DNA of 63,949 nucleotides, the filler included, from Nemertoderma westbladi (lineage: Eukaryota; Animalia; Xenacoelomorpha): assembly GCA_032718475.1 (NCBI GenBank). It is 4 parts of 4 records of this genome, joined end to end, with 100 filler letters (N's around TTAATTAATTAA, not from the genome) between each part and the next. Parts side by side here need not be neighbours in the genome. Positions count along the whole stretch, not along the records: positions 42,990 to 56,510 come from JAUCBJ010000897.1; positions 56,611 to 63,949 come from JAUCBJ010005503.1; 2 more parts are not named here. One strand, written 5' to 3'. This document shows positions 49,670 to 63,949 of the stretch, one piece after another. Both the position numbers and the translations under genes were made by a program. The stretch's first letter is position 1; each line of letters begins with the position of its first letter. Under the pieces are notes generated by a model, which was given only the letters and a program-made list of their open reading frames with translations, did no database searches and was not told the DNA's origin.

Positions 49670-50250
49670 GTATGTACTCCTTAGAAGAATTAATAGACAG
49701 ACGTCCTGTTCGAATCACGCACTGTACAGTACAGTGTTTATTAATACTAGGACTGTTAAATATAACATAATTTTTTACAGTAAATATTCAAGTGATGATA
49801 TCTTGTAATGAATCAATTTTTGATTATATTTTTATTAAATTTTGAAAATTTTGTTTGGGACTGCAATTTTGTAGCCATTCCACGCAACGGCCAACTAATG
49901 GCGAATTATTATACGTGCGTACGTGTGTGTAGATAATAGGCATATCAGTTAGAATCTCGTCGGTGTCCGAGGTGTGGCGTATTCAATACTATTGGCGAAC
50001 TTTTCGAAAAGCAATTCCTCCACAAAAAAGTTGCTTTACGGTGGTTTACATTTTACTATATATGTTTTTAATGGTTGTTTCAGATTGTAGGCCTAGTTTG
50101 TTATCATGTGAATGCCTCCCACCAGTGAAATAGACCATTTTGTTCTTAGTTTATTCATGAAAGTAAGTAATCCCTCCTCAGGTAGTGAGGTAGACCTATA
50201 ATGAGCTACCGGTACTACAATAATTTCAGCGTTTATCACTTTACTTTCAG

Positions 50251-50374
50251 GTTGTTGACCAAAGCTGCGACGATAGTGGTTGGTGGTTGTGTAGTATAAA
50301 AGGTCGTCATGGTTACATCCCAGCCCAATACTTAATGTCAGCCACTACAATCAGCAGTACATCACCCTGTCCAG
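50251..50374 (+). CDS. Multi-SH3 gene, exon E (C-terminal half of the third SH3; 3' end uncertain)
   Basis: tttcAG acceptor; VVDQ...SGWWLCSIKGRHGYIPAQYL. Confidence 0.8.
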
Positions 50375-50769
50375 GTTGGTTGTCTTATCATAATGCTCAG
50401 GGTAGTCCTAGTCCGCTCCCCAATAATTCAGTAACTCACTAACTATAATCTTTGTAGTCCTACAGTATTACCACCGATAAATAATAAGGCTTAGAGTATG
50501 TACAGCACTACACCGCAGTAGATCTTGATCTTCACTTATACTCTAGTGCGCGTTCATAAATGACGTAACGCTTTTTCAGCGAAATACAGTATGATCTCCA
50601 TTTTGTCACAAAATTATACAACCAACCCCCCCCCCCCCCCCCCCCCCCCCTCCTGAAATATCTCATCACAAAAAGTATTGCAATATGTTTTCAATTGAAT
50701 TATTGTTTTAGTTGTGAAGAAATATCGAAGGTCATCGCCTTCTGATCATGCTTGAAACATTCTTTTTTT

Positions 50770-50890
50770 CCTTCATTAATATTTGTGTCCTCACTTAATA
50801 TTTGTGTCCCTCATGAATGTTTGTGTCACTCATTAATGTTTTGTCCCACATTATTAATGTTTGTGTCCCCTATTAATGTGTGTCCCTCAG
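50770..50890. repeat. ~21-bp degenerate minisatellite
   Basis: ATTAATRTTTGTGTCC units. Confidence 0.7.
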
Positions 50891-51465
50891 GGCGCCGGCT
50901 ACTGTACATAAAGGAACTGACATACAATATTGATGTAATAATTAGTGCAAATGTCAATATTATAGTACTTGTATTGGGCCTACAATACATTTATATGTAT
51001 ATATGTATGTATTTCCATCGATACACATCGATTCTTCTGTGTAGTGCATATCGTGAAGAATAAACTAGTTTTAAATATTACTGATTGATATTTTATTGGG
51101 AACGCTATTGATATATAAAGGAAATGTCTTCCCGAAGAGGCTCTGTGATTAATATCGGCCCTAATACTGCCAATGGTGTCCCAAGTGGAAAACCTTCATC
51201 TACAGGTGTCTCTTCAATCCAACGTCGATCACCACCATCTAATCAATCCCAAACACAAGTGTTTTGTGTGCCCACGCAACATAAACAACAATGACGAAAG
51301 GGTATTTGGTTGTGACAAATGGGCACATCATAAATGCATCTGCAAGGGAATAACGGCGGCAGAATTTGAAGTGGTGCGAAAATATGTATCCAACTTCACT
51401 GTGTTATGTCCTGTCTGCTCAACAAACCTGAAACCCAACGTAAATGCGAGTGCATTGTCTTTAGA

Positions 51466-53492
51466 CAGGCCCGTATCGTGCGGAGGGGGCTTTGGGGGCA
51501 CTGCCCCCCCCCCCCCCCCCCCCCCAGAGAAGTCCCACTGCCCCCCAGACATGTATTGTTCACTCGTCTTGTTCACAATTAATTAATAATAATATTGTTG
51601 GTAATCAATATTATTGGATTCACATACTCCTGCCCACTGACCTGACCTGACATGACATTAATATACCTACCTACCTGTAATAATTACTAAAAATACTCGA
51701 AAGCTCTAGGTTCTCTCATTGGCTACCAGGGTGGAGGGGTTGTTTGTTGTTGACCCATTGTCTATTTGCTTGTAGTTTGGGAGCCAGTTTGCAGCTAAAA
51801 GACTTGGCGCTGAGGGTTGCTTGCGCTGCTATCCATAGCTATAATTTGTTGTAACTTAACCTTAACCATATTATACCTGAAGTGGGTCCTTCGCGCAGCA
51901 CGTGACATACACTTATGTAAGTGTAATCTTGAAAGAAAAATAAGCAAAATCTAAGCGGATGCCCTTGATCACTTTACACCAGCCTAGAGGCAGCCTTGAA
52001 AACTGCAGTCGTTTTAACCCTTGTGCTCTCTTTGAGGTCATTTTTGACCCATCGAAGATTTAAACTTACACAATTTTATCACACATTGATATTTTATCTC
52101 GAAATTTTGTGACATTTATTATTTTATAGTACTTCTCAATTATAAAAACAAAAATGTAAAAATTTGCAAGGGGGTCTATTCAATTTTACAACTTATAGGG
52201 GCCTACACAACACATATTGACTTTGAGGTCAAATTTCACCTCATCGTGTTTTGTACCTGAACCATTCAATATCAACGAAAAACTTTTTTTGATTTCAACT
52301 CAGTTCGCAAATCAGATGTCATCAAATGGGCCCAAACTTAGATAGATACCAAAATTTTGATTTGGGGAGGACAGGAAATATTCCCACAGGCACGTGGCCA
52401 GTTCCTGCCCTTGGCACTGCAAGTGAGTCATATTCCCCATTTTGTGATGATCAACTTCCAGTATTCCTACTGCATTGATATTATGCTCATTTAGAACCGC
52501 AATGACCGATTTAGTTGTTGTAGACACCTTCAAAACAAGCATAAAGCGAACAGTTTTTGAGATATTTGTCAGGTATTCGCCAATATCGCATCAAGGCGCT
52601 AATTTTGACTTGTGCCGGACTTCACATTATCTGCAATATCTCAAAAACTATTCGCTCTATGCTTGTTTTAAAGGTGTCTACACCAACTAAATCGGTCATT
52701 GCTATTCTAAATGAGCATAATATCAATGCAGTAGGAATAATAGAAGTTGATCATCACAAAATGGGGAATATGACTCACTTGCGCCAAGGGCGGGAACTGG
52801 CCATGTGCCTATGGAAATATTTCCTGTCATCCCCAAATCAAAATTTTGGTATCTATCGAAGTTTGGGCTCATTTGATGACATCTGATGTGCAAACTCAGT
52901 TTAAATTCGACAAAAAGTTTTTTTGAACCACCCCAACCCTCTCATTTACCTGAGGTCAAAATTGACCTCAAAGGAATTATCTGTTTGAGAAACGAAGGGT
53001 TAAGACCACAGAAAAAGTTTAAATGACACAGCTAATGGTCGAGTACAATTCTGCCAAGTTTCAGCTTAAACGGATTAAAAACAAAGAAATGGGAGAACAT
53101 TTCATGTTTAGACATGTAGCCATCTAGCGGGAGACTGTTGAACTGTTGGGGTCAAAAGTCGCTAAATAATGTCAAGTTTTGGACATATTTATGCCTACAA
53201 AATTTTAAATTCGACAGCTTTAAATAAATTCTGCCTTATTTGAATGTCAAAATAGTTACGTCAACAACTATTTGCCATTATTGACATTCTCCTTAACAGT
53301 GTCAATTCACCAAAGCTCCGCCAACTTCGTGGCTCGCCCCACACACCTTTCAACGATATTGATTATACAGTACTTTATGTACTAAATTAACTCTCACTTT
53401 GTTGTATGCTTACCAAATCCCAGTTATGGTTTTGCCCCCCCCCCAGATTTGGCCTCTGCCCCCCCAGACATTATGATCACCATACGGGCCTG
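51466..53492. mobile_element. hAT-like non-autonomous transposon inserted in CR1 ORF1
   Basis: TIR CAGGCCCGTA/TACGGGCCTG; perfect 8-bp TSD TCTTTAGA. Confidence 0.9.
52018..52999. mobile_element. piggyBac-like MITE with a ~600-bp internal palindrome
   Basis: TTAA|CCCTT...AAGGG|TTAA; arms ~52285-52590 and ~52620-52920 are reverse complements. Confidence 0.85.
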
Positions 53493-56400
53493 TCTTTAGA
53501 TGACAACACATCTGAAGACGTTGTCCAACATATTAAAGTTCTCATTGAGGATCAAACAACCACAATCATGTCTGAGATCTCCAAGGTTAGTTCCACATTA
53601 TCCAACTTCACATCTTCTAATCCGGGGGAGACTGATGTAGATGTCGATACACCCTGGTTGATGGCTGTTAAGAAGGGTGGGCACCGACATAATCGACCTA
53701 CCCCAAGTGACATTTCCCCAATGAACAATCGCCAAACTGAGTCTGACCTCATAAAGCTACGTGAAAGAAAAAGAAATAACATTGTTATTCACAATATCCC
53801 TGTCAGTTGTGATGAAGACCCTAAGAAAAGATCCGACTTTGACAAATCTGTTGTAGAAAAAACACTGTCTGAGCTAGGATGCCAACATATCCCTTTCAGA
53901 TTCACTAGACGTATACGCAAGTTTATTAACAACCAACAATGTGGGTTTGGGGAGAAACTGATCGTAACACTTAACTCGGAATCGGATAAGTGGCGTATAC
54001 TGCACTCCCTCAATAATGACAAGTTAGTATCTATCTATCCTACTAGTTCCATGGAGAAGGTCTCCATACGAGTAACTCATGACAGAATGCCCAGTGAAGT
54101 TGAAGCTGCAAGGCGCCGCTTCACCTCAATGATCAGCCATAACCGCATATCTTCTCCTGATAGTCAAACCAACGTTACAAATGCATTACTCAATGTTCCT
54201 AATGTCATTGATCAGTCATCTCAGGTAGACTGACTACCTACCAAGTCACACACAATTACACAAGAACACCCAACCTTACAACCTAACGAACTACTTGTCT
54301 TCAACTCCAATGCACAAAGACAAAGTATTGTGAACAAGATGACAGAATTTAAAGCACGTATTTTACTTGACAAACCACATGTTGTTGCTATTAGTGAATC
54401 TTGGGGTCGTCCAACAATTGATATTTCTACCCTAAATGTAGAAGGCTACAATACATGCCGCAATGATCGTGGTAATGATATAATAGGAGGTGGGGTACTA
54501 CTATACATTCAGCAGTCTCCTCTGTATGCTTTTGAAGAATATGACCTTCCGCAACCTGTTGCTAGTTATGATGAATCGACATGTGCATTCTCCGCTTTCA
54601 CAATGATTCAACATTGGCGATACTATCTGTGTACTGTACAGGTCACCCAGTAGTTCTGACAACAATAATGTAAAGCTAATGGATTTAATTTTACATGTCA
54701 AGAATATTGCCAATGACTGTTTGATTCTCGGGGATTTTAACCTACCTAGCATTGATTGGTTTAATTTATGTAGTTCACCATCACCTGGTGCAAACAAAGT
54801 TGAGGGTGAGTTCCTAGAATTCTTCCTTGATAATATGTTATCCCAACATGTATTTGAGCCCACTCATTGCCGTGTGACACACGGCAATCCCTACTTGATT
54901 TGATAATTACAGCCTCGACTGATGACATCCAATAAGTATTTCTTCAACCCCCTCTTGGGAAATCTAAACACAGCATCATTACATGTCGATACCTATTTTG
55001 CTGCTGCCAATACCACTTCAACAAACAATCTCAGATATGATCTATGCGATTTTAGACAATGGCGTGAGGATCTAGCCAATCTAGACTGGCCGGTTTTATT
55101 AGCAAATTTGGACCCTAATGCTGCATGGTTATTCCTAAAGAATACGCTCCATGGGGGTGTATCTCTACATGTTCCCATCCGTCCCTCAAAAACCCGAAAA
55201 AATCGTTGGCTCACCCCTGATGTATTGACAGCTGTTCATGTAAAACAACGCGCATTTAGCTACTGGAAGCGATATCCTGCTCAGCGGCCCTACCGGAGAT
55301 ACATATTGGCTCGAAACAAAGCAACCACTGTGTGTAGGAATGCAAAGCGGAATTTTGAAAGGAATATTGCCATGAGCTGCAAGAAAAACCCTAGAAAGTT
55401 TTGGTCGTATGTAAATAAAAACCGAAAATTGAAATCACACATAGAACCTCTTAAAGATGCTAGTAACAAGAAGGTAGATTTCGACCAGGGTATGGCTGAT
55501 TTACTTAATGACACATTTGCAAGTTACTTCACTATGGACAATAATCCTACAGCCGCACCTCCGCCCTTTCCTAACCTAGATTGCCCCATAATTGACTCTC
55601 TTGACATTACAAGTGAAAACGTCTTGAAAACCCTCAGTGAACAAAACCCGAATAAATCACCAGGCCCTGACCAAATATCAGCCATGGTGGTTCATGAACT
55701 AGCAAGTGTTATCGGAGCCCCTGTCCAAATAATCCTTCAAAGTTCATTCGACACTGGAATTATACCTGAAGACTGGTTGACTGCAGATATAACCCCTATT
55801 CCGAAAAAACCACCGAAACATAATCGAAACAATTACCGCCCCATTTCCCTGACATGCATCATAGCAAAATGCTGTGAGAAGCTCGTCCGTTCACCACTGC
55901 AACATCATTTTGAACTGAACAACTTGTTTGACTGCTCGCAATACGGGGGACGCCATGGGAGGTCAACAGTCCAGCAACTATTGCATGTCTTAGATAACAT
56001 AAGTAACGCCTTGGATGACCCTAATGTAGAAGGCTGTGATGTCATATATTTGGACTTGAAACGGGCATATGACTCTGTTTCCATTCGTTTACTATTACAC
56101 AAACTGTACGCATATGGTGTACGAGGAAAACTGTTACGGTGGATAAAAAACTTTCTTAGTAACAGAACTCAACGTGTTGTTATTAATGGTAAATCTAGTA
56201 AATACATACCATTAGAAAGTGGCCTTCCCCAAGGAACAGTGCTGGGTACCTTACTGTTCATAGTCTTCGATAATGATGCTCCGTCTGTTATTGAATCCTT
56301 GTGCAGCCTGTTTGTTGACGACCAAAAGTTATACAGACACATTAGTTCTGCCAGAGATGTTTCCATTTTACAGAATGACCTTAATGCATTGAGTACTTGG

Positions 56401-56510
56401 GCCAATGAATGGAAACTTACCTTTAACGTAACAGTAAACTCCCAACATTAATATACAGACGAATCCGTGGCAACCTCATCACAGTGTGGAACCTAACCCA
56501 TGGCAAGGCG

Positions 56511-56610
56511 NNNNNNNNNNNNNNNNNNNNNNNNNNNNNNNNNNNNNNNNNNNNTTAATTAATTAANNNNNNNNNNNNNNNNNNNNNNNNNNNNNNNNNN
56601 NNNNNNNNNN
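56511..56610. other. Artificial contig-join spacer
   Basis: 44 N + TTAATTAATTAA + 44 N. Confidence 0.95.
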
Positions 56611-57382
56611 TGACTGGTTATTTATTTAATATATATAGGCCTATGGACCAACACAGTTGTAATTTAGTAGACTCCAATGTGGGCTGTGCTTTAGATGGTT
56701 TACTGGTAAATCATATACGTACGCAGAATATATTTGTCTCATTTCTAATTCCGCCATTGGGTTGCAAACACATATTAATTGTTGCTATAGGTATGCTGTA
56801 AATCATAATATCCTGTTTAACCTTAAAGAAAACCAAAATTATGTATTTTTTGTGCAGTAATTACACGTTCGTAGGGCCTTCGCGCAGCACGAGAGCCTAA
56901 ATAAGAAAGTACATTATACCCTACTAATCTCTATTAGATATACGAAAACTGTCTTTCCTAAAATATATATGAGTGAAGGCGATGCTATCAGTTTGTGATA
57001 AACTAGTTGTAAAAATAGAGATCCATTTCAGTTTGCCCTTACACACTTTAACTGTCATTAGTAAACCTTCTAACTAGGGCTATTTAAGTTAAGTATGACA
57101 TTTTTAGTTTTACTATACTCTTCTCCTTCATTAGCCTCGTTCCGCGCGTCCTGTTTTAACTTAAAATAATTTCCCTAAACGGAGACTAACTACCTTTATA
57201 ACTGTGCAAAGTCTCGAAACTGTGAGAGTGACTGCTGATTTATGGCAGATGACTCGTATCCACTGTAAACTCGTTGCGTTCGTTCGTTTTTGACCAAACC
57301 TGAGATTCTTTCTAAACCTTTGACGGACTACATACGTACCAGGTTTCGTTTAATTTAATCAAGGAATAACCGAGTTATTAGC

Positions 57383-58771
<1,389 letters not shown>

Positions 58772-60227
58772 AGACAACTCGTTAATGGTGCCCATATGCT
58801 AAGGCTTCGCTCACTTCGTGGCTCGCCCCACAATAATATTTGTGTTCCACCATTCTATTTATATGGTAAACAAATTTCTAGGGCACACACCGGCGATGGG
58901 TACACTTAGAACATATATTTCATGAGAATAGGAACGATGACTTTGAGATCAGGAAAGCAATTAGTAGATGTTTGTTTATAAGATAAGGCAAACACATTAG
59001 TTCGTAAATTTAAATATTTTTTTGATTATGTGAAATTAACCTTGTTTCGTTCTCATCTTAATTAACAACTATTTATTGTAATTCGTTATGGTTAAGTCAT
59101 AATTATTCAGCTGTGCTGCATAACCGTCTATATATATTATATATAATCCAGAACGCGTGCTCCATAGTAAAATAAATGAGTACAATATAATTAATAATAC
59201 TGCCGACAGCACAATAAAGTAGATACAGTATGTGTCGTAATGTAATGTAAGTTCGGGTTGATCGGTATACAGTTCGAACAGTTCGAACGTTTAAAAGTAG
59301 CTTACAACAGGGCCGCTAGGCTGTATCACATCAATGTATTATAAAAGCTGTTGTGATTATAGAAGATATAGAGCAGTTAGCGAGCGAAATGATAGAGCTA
59401 TCGGATATAGTAGTCAGAGAGGAGTAGAGGTGTCAATTGATTAATAATGTTGAATTCATGGCAACAGCAGTTGCCATGAATTCAATACAATCGCGCACAA
59501 GACGTGATAAGACAAATTCGTTCTTATTTTTGTAATAAATAAAACAAGTTGAGATGCTTCAATGTAAACCGCGATTAACAATTTACAGTGTTCAATGTAA
59601 ACCACGATATTGATTAAATTCAACAATTATATTATTATTATAACAGATTTTTACATTTCAAACTATAATGTTAGCCTTATGGAGAATAATTATTATGAGG
59701 CTGAGTAAACATTCAGCCTTATAAGCATACAGCCTCCACAGTATTAATGTTGGCACAAAGATTTCAAAATAAAACAATAATTCTATGAGAGCTAGAGAGC
59801 ACAGTACAATCAATAGTGTAGCCAACACACTGTGTAACTAACAGTCATTTAGCTTGCACGCCAATTAATTAACATAGCAAGGATGCATTGGGAAGAGTTA
59901 TTCAGCTAAGACTGTAATAGCCAGCTAAACCAGTTAATGTTTGCTTACTGTCTGTGTTGTAGAGTAGAGTGATAATAAAACTTGCACAGAAAGTACAGAA
60001 AGTCAGTTGGCCCTTCTTATTGAATGCATTACCAGGCCATCTCTATACATTTTTCACGAGTGCCAGCAGGTGTTTTATCATTGCGTCTATGGCAATTTTC
60101 GTGTTATGGGGCTATTTTTCGAAATAAAACAAGTTGAGATGTTTCAGATTAATCCGCGATTTCACAAATACCCATAGAAATGGTCCATGCAAAATTTCAT
60201 CAATATCGTTAGAGCCGTTTTTGCTCT

Positions 60228-60282
60228 AGGTCAGTAGTCAGTAGTCAGTAGCCAGTAGTGAGTAGCCAGTAGCCAGTAGCTT
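60228..60282. repeat. 7-bp repeat (CAGTAGY)n near a HINE-like 3' end
   Basis: About 7 units, followed by hairpin AAGTC-TAAC-GACTT at 60301-60314. Confidence 0.75.
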
Positions 60283-60959
60283 TGTTTTCTTACAGTAATC
60301 AAGTCTAACGACTTGCTAAATAAAATAAAATACATACTACTCGAAACTCAATATATACAAACATTATATTAGAAGATGCGGTATTCATAAAGTAGCCGAA
60401 CTATAGCTTTTTATAGGTGCTGGTTTCTAGTTATGTTGCTCCTAAATAGCATATTGATAACTTTGTCGGGGGACGCTGCAACATAGGAGCGTCAGCGATA
60501 AGTTCGCGAGATCGCAATTCGGTATTGACCGGTTGAGGTTGCGCAGTGGCAAAGAGTTGATTGCCGAACTGAAGGATCATCGAGGGGTGGACGATGGTTT
60601 TCGAATATAGGTCAGTCATGAGTACCTGAGTTTCAGGTTGCGCTAAAGCTGCTTCCTCTCTCTCGTCCATTTCAATATGTTTCTCCTCGAGCTGATTCTT
60701 ATCTTCTTGTCTACGAAACCGATCCCCCAAAAACTCTTGTAGAGAGTATGTATGTTCAAGTTCAATATCTCTTTCCAGTTCTTCAATTTCTCGATCAAAC
60801 GGAGGTAAAGGTTTTGTATCTACAATAAATTGTAGGTCGGGTGAAATTGTTAGACCAAGGTCCTTGCAGTGTGCGTCAGAGGTAAGCACAGACGAATTTA
60901 GCGTGTATTCGCGTTTCGTATTCTCGCCCACGTATCCACGTATCCAGCTTGGAGAGTGC

Positions 60960-61385
60960 GTGGGTGGGGGAATTATATTAGCATAGATGTTTCTTTCAAT
61001 AGACTTTTTAGAAAAAACATTTCCGACTGCGTGGGTCTCAAACGTGGTTTTAAAGAATTGAAGGCATTTATCCAGGAAATGTATACAGCCCACTACAGTA
61101 TACATGCCTACAGCCTACTTACTGGAATCACAACCAGTATGGATGCAACAGGATGGATGCATACCGGGATTGTATGCAACACAATACAATATTAAGGCAC
61201 ACAACATTATCTGTTGTTCCTGAGAAACAACAGATTCCCCCACTGAATCAATGTTAAATAAAAGTGCGGGGGTGGGGAATTATATTAGCATATATGTTTC
61301 TTTCAATGGACGTTTTAGAAAAAACATTTCCGACTGCGTGGGTCTCAATCCTGGTTTTAAACAATTGAATGCATTTATCCAGGAA
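60960..61385. repeat. Two ~120-bp direct repeats about 308 bp apart
   Basis: GGGTGGGGAATTATATTAGCAT...CATTTATCCAGGAA at ~60962 and ~61270. Confidence 0.85.
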
Positions 61386-61553
61386 GTTTACATATAAGGT
61401 ATAGGAAATATATAAATTACAGTATAAAGTATCATACAGATTAATGCATAGAGACAGAATTACAATGGGCAGCACCACCACCCCCCCCCCCCCCCCCCCC
61501 CTACACTTCCCCAACTAAAACTATCAATTTTACTTTACTTATTTAACTCTGAA

Positions 61554-61972
61554 AGAAAGTGTATTTTTATACGGGGGTGAGACCTGGACACTGACTAAAT
61601 CACTTGAACAACAAAATGATGGTTGCTACACAAGACTACTAAGGGCAGCCCTAAACATCAGCTGGAGACAACACATGACAAACGCCGAGCTTTATGGTAC
61701 AATACCACCTGTATCAACCACCCTCCGTGAACGCAGATTAAGATTCAGTGGGCACTGCTAGCGAAGTAAAGACGAGGTTATACCAGATCTACTTCTCTGG
61801 CAACCAACTCATGGAAAGCGTAGTCGTGGACGACCGGCCATAACATATATAGATCAACTTGAAAGGGATACTGAACTTGGGAGAAACGAAATTGCGACAA
61901 CTATGGAGAATCGGGAAGCCTGGGAGGATCTCATTTCCACTGTCCGAGTTCGCTCGACCTAGTAGTAGTAGT
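61554..61972 (+). mobile_element. RTE-like LINE 3' fragment with (TAG)n tail
   Basis: LYGGETWTLT, DGCYTRLLR, RRLRFSGHC, GRPAITYIDQL. Confidence 0.88.
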
Positions 61973-62225
61973 ATTTACTCTATTTTACTACCACTTTTAA
62001 TTTCAATTAAATCCAATGATACGTAATTTTGATATTTTATCAACTCCAGTCCTTTATGCTGTTAGAGAATTGGACCCTTCAGTGTTAGTTTTATTTCATC
62101 TACAGTATGCTTGGAGTGATGGGTGTTGGTAACACCCACTACTGGTTGCAGAAGACGAAGACGTACACAGCAGTTTTCTCTATACTCATTTGAATGAGAA
62201 AAAGTGGCATTTTCAGATATCCAAT

Positions 62226-63578
62226 CAGGGGCGGTTCTAGGATTTTGCTTGGGGGGGGGGGGGGGGGGAAATATTTAATTTGCTGAGGTCAATTTTTCGG
62301 ACTTGTAAATGGCTCCACGCAAGCAGTGGAGTCCAATCTGGACACGTTTATAAACGCCAGCTTTAAATCGTTAAAAAAAACATTCCCAACAACAATTTAA
62401 CCCGTCTATGTCTAATTATCTAATTATTTAGTTAATGGAAGGGTCGCAGCCGTCAGCTGGTGGTAACCCGTATCGTTCAAAGATGTGGAGGAGAGACGTG
62501 ACGTGTGTGGCACTCCTTTCCATTAATTTGTAATGATATCGTTTATTGTTTTGGTTAGTTAGGTTTCGGTATGGAGATGGTGTTCTGCGCAATAAAATAA
62601 TTATCTTATATTTAATTATTTAAGAGGCAATAAATATACTTTAGTATTTTTAGCCGCACAAACTTTCATAACATGTGTGGTAGTGGAAAATATTGAAGTA
62701 ATTAAATGACAGACTATTTAATTTGACTTAAATGCAATGGGCCATTATTTCTATTTTTAACCCTGTTGAAAATTATTAATTCAGACTATTTTAATTGCAA
62801 AATTATATTACAGTATATTAAGAAATTGACTGCTTAAATTTACTTGCACATGCCTTAAACCACAAAGCCACTGAACTTACCAATGGAGATATTTCCAGTG
62901 ACCATACCATGGATCAATTGCATGAGACATCTACCTTCTCACCTGTGACACCTTCACATGTGCAATGTGGACAGGACAGTGCTGAAAGGCTATGCAACCA
63001 ATACAGAACCAAACTGTATGTATGTTTGTATGTTGGATTGACTAAATTTCTAGCATCAATAAGCTAAACCTGGAACCACCATTATGCTAGCAGCTGGCTA
63101 TGATGCCACTCCTGCTCAAATTTTGGCGCCCCTTGGAAGGTGGCGCCCGGGGCCGCCCCCCCCCCCCCCCCCCCCCCTTCTGCACGCCACTGCACGGTGG
63201 AGAAGACGTTTCGGAAACAAGCTACAGTTCGTCGCAGCCCCCAATGAAAAAAAAATAAACAAAAAGAAACATTAAAAAAACATTAAAAAAATTATTATAC
63301 TTTGAAAAAATTTCCCGATTTTTTCCCGAATTCCCAAAGTTCCAGAATTTTACAAAAATGTCAGAGTGTTTTATAATGGAGACCGCCGGGTAGTAACTAA
63401 ATTTTGAAAAAAAATAGAAGTCTTTTCCCAGAGAGGTCTGTTTTCGAGCAAAAGTCGGTACCCACTGGTACGGATTTGCCACATTACCTTTCGCTAGGGA
63501 GGGGGCAAGCCCCCCCCCAAGATACCTGGGGAGGGGCAAATGCCCCTTGCCCCCCCCCCCCCCCTAGAACCGCCACTG
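62226..63578. mobile_element. hAT-like non-autonomous element
   Basis: 15-bp TIR CAG(G/T)GGCGGTTCTAG; 8-bp TSD TATCCAAT/TATCTAAT with one mismatch. Confidence 0.8.
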
Positions 63579-63659
63579 TATCTAATTATATCACGTTGAT
63601 AAAAGTACCACTTTATAGTGTTTTCTTTGCAGTGTACCGCTGGCCAAGCGGGACACCGC

Positions 63660-63775
63660 GCGGAAATGAGATCCTTCCAGTCTTCCCGATTCTCCATGTT
63701 ACCGCAATTTCGTTTCTCCCAAGTTCAGTATCCCTTTCAAGTTGATCTATATATGTTATGGCCGGTCGTCTATGG
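63660..63775 (-). mobile_element. Short RTE-like 3' fragment
   Basis: RPAITYIDQLERDTELGRNEIA, as in 61554-61972. Confidence 0.8.
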
Positions 63776-63949
63776 TGGTCCATTAGACATCCATCCACAC
63801 AATGGCGTCATCAATTTTAAATATTCAGTCATACAACTGCAACTCAATTAGGAGTTTAAGTTCGCGTAACGCGGTAGCCAGCATCTGTAGTGGTGGATGC
63901 GATATTTTGGTGTTGCAAGAACTGATGCTTCCAAAACAGGAACTGACTT

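Larger units (their letters stand above)
51124..56451 (+). mobile_element. CR1-clade LINE: PHD-like ORF1 (interrupted), frameshifted APE endonuclease, and RT
   Basis: ORF1 CFVC, WAHHKC, CPVC and RERKRNNIVIHNIP; APE motifs ISESW, GGGVLLY, ILGDFN; RT motifs KSPGPD, NYRPISL, YLDLKRAYD, SGLPQG, LFVDD. 3' end missing. Confidence 0.92.

Noticed and set aside
52312-52886. Pair of similar ORFs on opposite strands
   Set aside because: Product of the MITE's internal palindrome.

Overview
AT-rich, repeat-dense eukaryotic (animal-like; species not identifiable from sequence alone) genomic DNA. Four segments are joined by identical 100-bp artificial spacers (44 N + TTAATTAATTAA + 44 N), so adjacency across spacers is unproven. 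Host genes: intronless SUCLG1 (-); five spliceable exons of a TOGARAM1/crescerin orthologue (+); an intronless 16-finger C2H2 zinc-finger gene with a minisatellite-like array (-); five exons of a Tks4/Tks5-like multi-SH3 gene (+). Most other sequence is transposon-derived: three copies of a >2.8-kb LTR-like element, Gypsy pol, CR1, L2 and RTE-like LINE remnants, a decayed THAP/P-element transposase, hAT-, piggyBac-, EnSpm- and Helitron-type non-autonomous elements (several with readable TSDs and nesting), minisatellites and a 1.4-kb (GAC)n array. No CRISPR array, rRNA or convincing tRNA gene was seen, and no clearly new biological system is demonstrated. The best leads are the zinc-finger array with diversity at DNA-contact residues, the internally homogenised LTR-like family, a four-level TE nest and the CpG-decay signature of the GAC array. 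All analysis was by eye; TE boundaries without TSDs are approximate.
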